IMG/VR virus record: IMGVR_UViG_3300042309_001504
Span: 32,001-96,000 of that record
DNA length: 64,000 nucleotides
Strand: one strand, 5' to 3'
DNA from: a virus
Shown: in pieces, positions 58,123 through 64,000 of the stretch
Layout of the letters: the number at the start of each line of letters is the position of its first letter
Numbering within the stretch: the first letter of the stretch is position 1
Made by a program: the position numbers and the translations under genes
Notes under the pieces: model-generated
Told to the model about the DNA's origin: nothing
Database searches by the model: none
The model's input: only the letters and a program-made list of their open reading frames with translations

Positions 58123-59127
58123 TTAAAGCACTAAAGCTGCTATTAAGCATCCTTTGGATACAGCGTGTAAAGGATCATCTGATTGCTTTACTTCTTTTAC
58201 TGACAATGGAAATCCATTCTCTACTAGTTTTTTAGCAAATACTTCTTTGAATCCTTTTGCTTGCGAGGTTCCACCCGCTATGACTATTGTTAGTGGTGTT
58301 TTAAATTTAGGTAAACTTTTACTTTCTTTTAAAGCTACTGTTAATTGTTTTGTAGTATAATCTATTAGTCTTTCATAATAGGAAGATACTGCTGCTAAAA
58401 TTGGATTATCATTATTTTTTCCAACAGTAAAATCACCATTTTCTTTTTCTGTTTGAACTACACCATCTGTTTCATTAACAGCAATAGCAGACATATGATC
58501 TATCCAATCTCCAGACTTGGTGGTTGAAAATGTTAAAACGGGTTCTCCATTCAACATAATACAAACATTTACCATTCCAGCACCCCAAGATAAACCAATG
58601 CCCGTATAATTATCATTTTCTAATTCTGCATAACATAATGCTTGGGCTTCATTAATAGATCTTGGATTATAACCACAATCTTTTAAAACTGTTTTTATAA
58701 CATCCTCATGATAACTAACATCAAAATCTTCATCTTCTTGATCTATAGGTTGAGATGGAACACAAAAAACTATTTTTTCATTTTCTGCTTCTGGTTTTCC
58801 AACAACCTCTTTTAATATAAACGATAATATTCTTTTTGAATCTTTTTCTTTTGGAGATACTATACCTCTATACATTGGTCTTTTGGCGCTTTCATTTTTT
58901 TCTAATGCTTTATCAATAGCATCTTGTCCTAAAACAATAAAAGATCCATCTTTATCTTTAACAAAAATTTTACCAGATAATCCTTTTTCTATCATCTTAT
59001 TGGCAATAATATTTGTTGGCTCAATAATATAAAAAGCGTCTCTAAAATCTTTATAAGCTATAGAATCATGAGCTACTTTTTTTGATAAGACTATAAAACT
59101 TGTACCAACATCTAAACCTTTAGCCAT
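58123..59127 (-). CDS. Actin-like ATPase (MreB/MamK/ParM superfamily)
   Basis: Phosphate-1 GLDVGTS, RPMYRGIV, connect-1 INEAQA, phosphate-2 SWGAGMVN, adenosine IAGGTS and connect-2 PLHAVSKG. Confidence 0.85.
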   Translation of the reverse strand: MAKGLDVGTSFIVLSKKVAHDSIAYKDFRDAFYIIEPTNIIANKMIEKGLSGKIFVKDKDGSFIVLGQDAIDKALEKNESAKRPMYRGIVSPKEKDSKRILSFILKEVVGKPEAENEKIVFCVPSQPIDQEDEDFDVSYHEDVIKTVLKDCGYNPRSINEAQALCYAELENDNYTGIGLSWGAGMVNVCIMLNGEPVLTFSTTKSGDWIDHMSAIAVNETDGVVQTEKENGDFTVGKNNDNPILAAVSSYYERLIDYTTKQLTVALKESKSLPKFKTPLTIVIAGGTSQAKGFKEVFAKKLVENGFPLSVKEVKQSDDPLHAVSKGCLIAALVL

Positions 59128-59128
59128 T

Positions 59129-59476
59129 TTATTTTCCTTTAATTAAAGAGGATAACTTATCTACTGATTGATCAATATTATCATTAATCTCGATACTATT
59201 TGCTATATTGTCGTATTTTTTCTCCATATCCGAAGTATCAATATTTGCAATAAATTTACTATCATCAATAGTAACCTTTTGCATTTTTTCAATAATATTC
59301 TGATGATTTTTTATATTTTTTGAACCAACAGAATCATTAGATAACAATATATTATTATATTTTACACCACTTTTTTTGCCTATTATCCAACCCAATAAAA
59401 ATATGCTAATGTAGCACGTTAGTAATAAAAAAGATAATAGGACATCTGGATCGATATATGTTGATATGTTCGGCAT
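59129..59476 (-). CDS. Single-TM protein coupled to the actin-like gene
   Basis: N-terminal TM helix; stop lies 1 nt before the actin ATG. Confidence 0.65.
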   Translation of the reverse strand: MPNISTYIDPDVLLSFLLLTCYISIFLLGWIIGKKSGVKYNNILLSNDSVGSKNIKNHQNIIEKMQKVTIDDSKFIANIDTSDMEKKYDNIANSIEINDNIDQSVDKLSSLIKGK

Positions 59477-59517
59477 GTTTTTTACTATAATCTGTAGTAA
59501 TCAAATAGGAATAACTT

Positions 59518-59859
59518 ATGAAATACGGTAAAGTATGGGGTATCACCCAACAATTATTTAATAAGAATAATGTTGCTATACACAGAATAACTATTAATAA
59601 AGGATCATCTTGTTCAGAACATTATCATGATTATAAATATAATATGTTCTATATTGAAAAAGGCAAATTACTTATTAAGCATTGGCAAACTGACTATGAT
59701 CTTGTTGATGAAACCATTTTGGAAGATGGAGAAAGTTCCACTATTCCTCCAAAACATTTTCATCAATTTATTGCTCTTGAAGACACTATAGCATACGAAA
59801 TATATTATGTTGAATTATCGGATAATGATATTAATAGAAAAACATGTGGTAAAAAATGA
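59518..59859 (+). CDS. Cupin-domain protein (sugar isomerase-like)
   Basis: KVWG, CSEHYH and IPPKHFHQF motifs. Confidence 0.8.
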   Translation: MKYGKVWGITQQLFNKNNVAIHRITINKGSSCSEHYHDYKYNMFYIEKGKLLIKHWQTDYDLVDETILEDGESSTIPPKHFHQFIALEDTIAYEIYYVELSDNDINRKTCGKK

Positions 59860-60956
59860 GATACGTATTAATTGCTAATAATAAAAAATTAAATAGCGAA
59901 TTTATCAATAAAATTCAACTAGATGCTAAAAATGATATATTAATATTTTTTAATTATATGTGGCCATATTTTACTTTTGAAAAATTAAGAAATCATCCTA
60001 GAAAATTTTATATAGGAAGACAAAGACCAGTAAAAGAAGAAACAAAACATATTCCATATGCTGGAATAGATTTGGTGAAAGAACACGAAAATGAATTTGA
60101 GAAAATTTTTTTTCATACTTGTCCGGATCATATGAAAAAATCAGAAAATTATGATATGCTAAAAAATGCTGTAGATAGTTTTAATTTTGATCCTAATAAA
60201 TTAGATTGTTTAGAACCTATCTCTAATGGTATTAGAAAAGATATAGGATATCCAAAAGGTAAAAATATGAGTTCTGGTATTATAGCATATGAATATGTAA
60301 AGAGAATAAAAGAACCACATGATGATATTTTATTAGTTGGTTTTACATCGGAATTAGCAAAAAAATTTCATAATGATGATTGGGAATCTAATTATTTTAG
60401 ATCTCAAATAAAAAGAAACATTTGTAAAAGTATAGGATGTTATGATACTGAACAAAAAAAATATATGTATATATATGATAAATTAAAATGGGGATCCTAT
60501 CTAAAAGGAAATCATGGAGATAAGGCAATAGATATTGTTAAATCTTTTAATCCTAAATCTATTATTGATATTGGTTGTGGACCAAATTTATTTTGTAAAC
60601 AAACTATAGGCGACTACTGTGAATGTGTTGGGGTTGATTTTGCTGGTAATTTTTTTGATTTATATAGTGATATTTGTGTTGGTCTTGATACTATTAGTGA
60701 TAAACAATTTGATCTAGTAACAGCATTTGATGTTATGGAACATCTACTACCATCGTGCATACATCATGCTTTAAGAGAAATGAAAAGAATATCTAATAGT
60801 TTTATTTTTAAAATAGACTATCATCAAAGTATAAAAATCGTTATGGGTTCTACATTACATCCAACAGTTAAACCTAAAAAATGGTGGAAAGAAGAAATAT
60901 CAGAATATTGTTCTAGTATTGATGAATCCAAAGGCTATCTGTATGGCAAATGGTAG
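59856..60956 (+). CDS. Fusion: unknown (GT-like) N-domain plus class I methyltransferase
   Basis: N-domain has ..SSGIIA..LVGF..H; C-domain has IDIGCG and FDLVTAFDVMEH. Confidence 0.75.
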   Translation: MRYVLIANNKKLNSEFINKIQLDAKNDILIFFNYMWPYFTFEKLRNHPRKFYIGRQRPVKEETKHIPYAGIDLVKEHENEFEKIFFHTCPDHMKKSENYDMLKNAVDSFNFDPNKLDCLEPISNGIRKDIGYPKGKNMSSGIIAYEYVKRIKEPHDDILLVGFTSELAKKFHNDDWESNYFRSQIKRNICKSIGCYDTEQKKYMYIYDKLKWGSYLKGNHGDKAIDIVKSFNPKSIIDIGCGPNLFCKQTIGDYCECVGVDFAGNFFDLYSDICVGLDTISDKQFDLVTAFDVMEHLLPSCIHHALREMKRISNSFIFKIDYHQSIKIVMGSTLHPTVKPKKWWKEEISEYCSSIDESKGYLYGKW

Positions 60957-61950
60957 AAAAAAAACGGCCGTTTTATCAAGATACAAAGAAAAAAACAAAA
61001 GTTGGCATCATCTTTTACAACAATATGGTTATGAAACCATTGTTTTTAATAAATTTGATGGCGATAATTTATTGCCTAATGTTGGAAGAGAAGGCCATAC
61101 ATATTTATATTATATAGTAAACAATTATCATCATCTTCCTCATGAAATACTATTTACTCAATATGATCCAAGAGATCACTTTAAAAATAACACTGTAACT
61201 AATAATGTTAAATATAATGTTAATATACAAGAATTTTTAAATCAATTTTTATATAATTTTATATCTATAAGACCAATCGATTTTGATTCGATTGTAAGAG
61301 ATAGAAATATCGATTGGATTCAATATTGTAAAACAATTTTTGAGTTATTTGATGATAAACAAATTAATCGTTTGTTATGTTGTGGGGCAAATCTCAATGG
61401 AGTATTTCGTGTTAGTAGAAGAGCAATTTTAAATAGACCACTATCTTTTTATACTAGATGTTTAGAATTATTAAGCAACGAAGTTGATCCCGAGGCCGGA
61501 TATTTTTTTGAAAGAATATGGAAGTTTATTTTTACATCCTATGGTTGCAATAATAATAAATATATTTATTTTAATAATGAATATTTTTTATTTGGCACTG
61601 ACTATGGATTAGATAATCATTGGCATCCAAATTCAAATCCAATATCTAGTAATTTTTCTGGCAATATTATTTCTGATAGAAAATGGAAAGACAATGCATA
61701 TGGACATATCTTTTTACATGAATCTGGACTAATCATGTCTAATTATTTAAGCACCAATTTATATAGTAGCCCTCATGAGGCATATTGGAGTATAGATGAT
61801 GATGATCGTCTTAGATTTTATAATTTATATGGTGGCATAACATCTATTTTTGATTTAAAGGATATATCTTGGCCTTTGAAAGGTAATATGTATCAAGGAA
61901 CTAAAAAAATAATAAATTTTCACTGGCTTAAAAAGAAAATGTTCATGTAA
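60943..61950 (+). CDS. DUF3431-like protein
   Basis: SRYKE, LPNVGREGHTYLYYIVNNY, FRVSR and FFERIW motifs. Confidence 0.75.
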   Translation: MANGRKKTAVLSRYKEKNKSWHHLLQQYGYETIVFNKFDGDNLLPNVGREGHTYLYYIVNNYHHLPHEILFTQYDPRDHFKNNTVTNNVKYNVNIQEFLNQFLYNFISIRPIDFDSIVRDRNIDWIQYCKTIFELFDDKQINRLLCCGANLNGVFRVSRRAILNRPLSFYTRCLELLSNEVDPEAGYFFERIWKFIFTSYGCNNNKYIYFNNEYFLFGTDYGLDNHWHPNSNPISSNFSGNIISDRKWKDNAYGHIFLHESGLIMSNYLSTNLYSSPHEAYWSIDDDDRLRFYNLYGGITSIFDLKDISWPLKGNMYQGTKKIINFHWLKKKMFM

Positions 61951-63034
61951 ATATTTTTTCAATTTTATTTAGTGCGGAACCTATTACTTGATGCATATCA
62001 TAATACCTATATTCTGCTAATCTACCACCAAAAATATATTTAGTATTTTGACTACTTAATTTATAATATTTATCGTATATTACATTATTTTGTTGAGTAT
62101 TAATTGGATAGTATGGAATTTTGTTATGATTCCATTCATCTGGATATTCTTTTGTTATTATCGTTTGATCCTGATTACCAAATTCAAAATGTTTATGTTC
62201 TATGATTCTAGTATATGGAATATTAATATCGGTATAATTAATAAGAGCATTACCTTGATAATCTTTAATATCTAGTACTTCATGTTCAAATTTTAATGTT
62301 CTATAGTTAAGAATACCATGATAGTAATCATAAAACTCGTCTATTTTACCAGTATAAACTATATATTTTGCTTTATTGTCCCAATAATCCCTATTATCGA
62401 AATAATCCACACCAAGTTCAATATCTGCTCCGTTTAACATATTTTGAATCATGATTGTATAACCATTAACTGGTATTCCTTGATATTTATCATTAAAATA
62501 ATTATCATCAAATGTTAATCTTATAGGTAGTCTTTTAATAATATCAGAAGGTAATTCTTTTGGATGTAATTTCCATTGTTTAGTCGTATATCCTTTAATA
62601 AAAATGTTATATATTTCTTCACCAACTTGAGATAGTATCCATTCTTCTAAATTTTTTGGATTATCATTTACAATTCTTTTGTGTTTTAATATATCTTCTG
62701 CCTCTATAGGATCTTTAACTCCCCACAATTGATATAATGTAAATAAATTAATAGGAAAAGAAAATAATTTATTTTTATAATTAACTTTTGGTCTATTCAC
62801 ATAATGATTAAATTCTGTAAATTGATTGACATAATCCCAGATTTTTTTACTATTAGTATGAAATATATGTGGTCCATAAACATGAATATTGATATCATTT
62901 CTTTTTTCAGTATAGCAGTTACCACCGATATGATTTCTTTTATCAATAATCAATACTTTTTTATTTCTTTTTATACATTCATGTGCAAATACAGAACTAT
63001 ATATTCCACAACCAACCATTAAATAATCATACAT
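61943..63034 (-). CDS. glf: UDP-galactopyranose mutase
   Basis: HIGGNCY, HVYGPHIFHT, GYTTKQW, YQGIP, YTRIIEHKHF, PYYP and GRLAEYRYYDMHQ motifs. Confidence 0.97.
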   Translation of the reverse strand: MYDYLMVGCGIYSSVFAHECIKRNKKVLIIDKRNHIGGNCYTEKRNDINIHVYGPHIFHTNSKKIWDYVNQFTEFNHYVNRPKVNYKNKLFSFPINLFTLYQLWGVKDPIEAEDILKHKRIVNDNPKNLEEWILSQVGEEIYNIFIKGYTTKQWKLHPKELPSDIIKRLPIRLTFDDNYFNDKYQGIPVNGYTIMIQNMLNGADIELGVDYFDNRDYWDNKAKYIVYTGKIDEFYDYYHGILNYRTLKFEHEVLDIKDYQGNALINYTDINIPYTRIIEHKHFEFGNQDQTIITKEYPDEWNHNKIPYYPINTQQNNVIYDKYYKLSSQNTKYIFGGRLAEYRYYDMHQVIGSALNKIEKIFT

Positions 63035-63045
63035 TTTAATATCCT

Positions 63046-63990
63046 ATGACAAAAGTTGCTATATTATCACGCTATAAAGAGACAGATACCACATGGTATA
63101 ATATACTAAAAAATGAGTATGACAATGTTATTATTTTTAATAAATTTAATGGAAAAAATTTACTACCAAATGTTGGACGAGAAGGACACACATATTTATA
63201 TTATATAGTAAATAATTATGATAATTTGCCTGATGAAATGTTATTTAGCCAATACGATCCTACAGATCATTTTCATCGAAAAAATATTCATGAATATAGA
63301 GATATAAATCATATGAATTTTTTCTTAAAAAGTTCAATTTTAGATTTTATTTGTATTAATGCAAAAGATTATGATGTTTTTGTAAGAAAACGACCTGTAG
63401 ATTGGATTAAATATTATAACTTATTATACAATAATAATATAGACTTTAATCATGTGGTTTCAATTGGTGCTTGTTTGAATGGAGTATTTAGAGTAACAAA
63501 ACAATCTGTACTTAGACATAGTAAAGATTTCTATGATAGAGCATTGTCTATGCTATCGAAAGATAGACATCCAACAGAAGGATATTTTTTTGAAAGAGCA
63601 TGGAAATATATTTTTACTAATTATGGTAATTGTCCAGAAAAATATTCTTATTTATTAGATAGTGTGTGGTTATTTGGAAATGATATTATACAGAGTGTTC
63701 ATAAAACAAGAAGAGATGAAGCTTATGGTCATTTAAAATTATATAGTGATGGTTTAATTGGTGGAAAAAACTTTAGTAGTTTATATGGAAATAGTAATGA
63801 ACATTACTGGACAGTATATGAGGATAAATTCTATATTTTATCTGCTGAATCAGCCATAACATCTTGTTTTGTATTACCAGAGAATATAGATAATGTATCG
63901 CAGATTTTAGGAGACTATTACAGTCAGGATGGTATCTTAAATAATTTTTTCTTTTTAAGAAAACCCATGTGGTCATACTATTTTAAATAG
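63046..63990 (+). CDS. DUF3431-like protein, paralog of 60943..61950
   Basis: Identical LLPNVGREGHTYLYYIVNNY; also LNGVFRV, EGYFFER.WK and AYGH. Confidence 0.75.
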   Translation: MTKVAILSRYKETDTTWYNILKNEYDNVIIFNKFNGKNLLPNVGREGHTYLYYIVNNYDNLPDEMLFSQYDPTDHFHRKNIHEYRDINHMNFFLKSSILDFICINAKDYDVFVRKRPVDWIKYYNLLYNNNIDFNHVVSIGACLNGVFRVTKQSVLRHSKDFYDRALSMLSKDRHPTEGYFFERAWKYIFTNYGNCPEKYSYLLDSVWLFGNDIIQSVHKTRRDEAYGHLKLYSDGLIGGKNFSSLYGNSNEHYWTVYEDKFYILSAESAITSCFVLPENIDNVSQILGDYYSQDGILNNFFFLRKPMWSYYFK

Positions 63991-64000
63991 TCATCAATCC

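Noticed and set aside
59477-59517. TTACTA-N7-TAGTAA inverted repeat with TATAAT in the divergent gap
   Set aside because: Short, AT-rich and without a correctly spaced -35; cannot be distinguished from chance.
1-64000. Genome-wide stop-codon reassignment as the explanation for the dnaE stop
   Set aside because: Genes are full length under the standard code, TAA/TAG/TGA all end genes, and readthrough of the dnaE TAA would stay in the wrong frame.

Overview
AT-rich, densely coding, translationally coupled segment of a large tailed dsDNA bacteriophage genome. It reads in the standard code, and no rRNA, tRNA, CRISPR array or transposase was seen. Positions 1-9757 (+) hold virion/tail genes, including an SprB-repeat protein and a 1332-aa protein with a mucin-like PPTT stalk. 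Positions 9764-59476 (-) hold a replication/recombination module (SSB, DnaE in two genes around a DnaQ-like exonuclease, primase, DnaB, RecA-like, PD-(D/E)XK nucleases), nucleotide metabolism (NrdJ, dCMP deaminase, dNMP kinase, GuaC, PhoH), a membrane-protein cluster with a papain-like protease, ClpP, a sigma factor, an actin-like ATPase and many glycosyl-, methyl- and sulfotransferases. The window ends with cupin, methyltransferase, DUF3431-like and glf genes. The most striking observation is in dnaE: the conserved PHP motif LHVHS-HYSLLDG is interrupted by an 8-nt, stop-containing insert that forms a hairpin with the downstream codons (candidate programmed recoding), and the gene is also split in two without an intein. 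All product calls come from motifs read by eye; no database searches were run.
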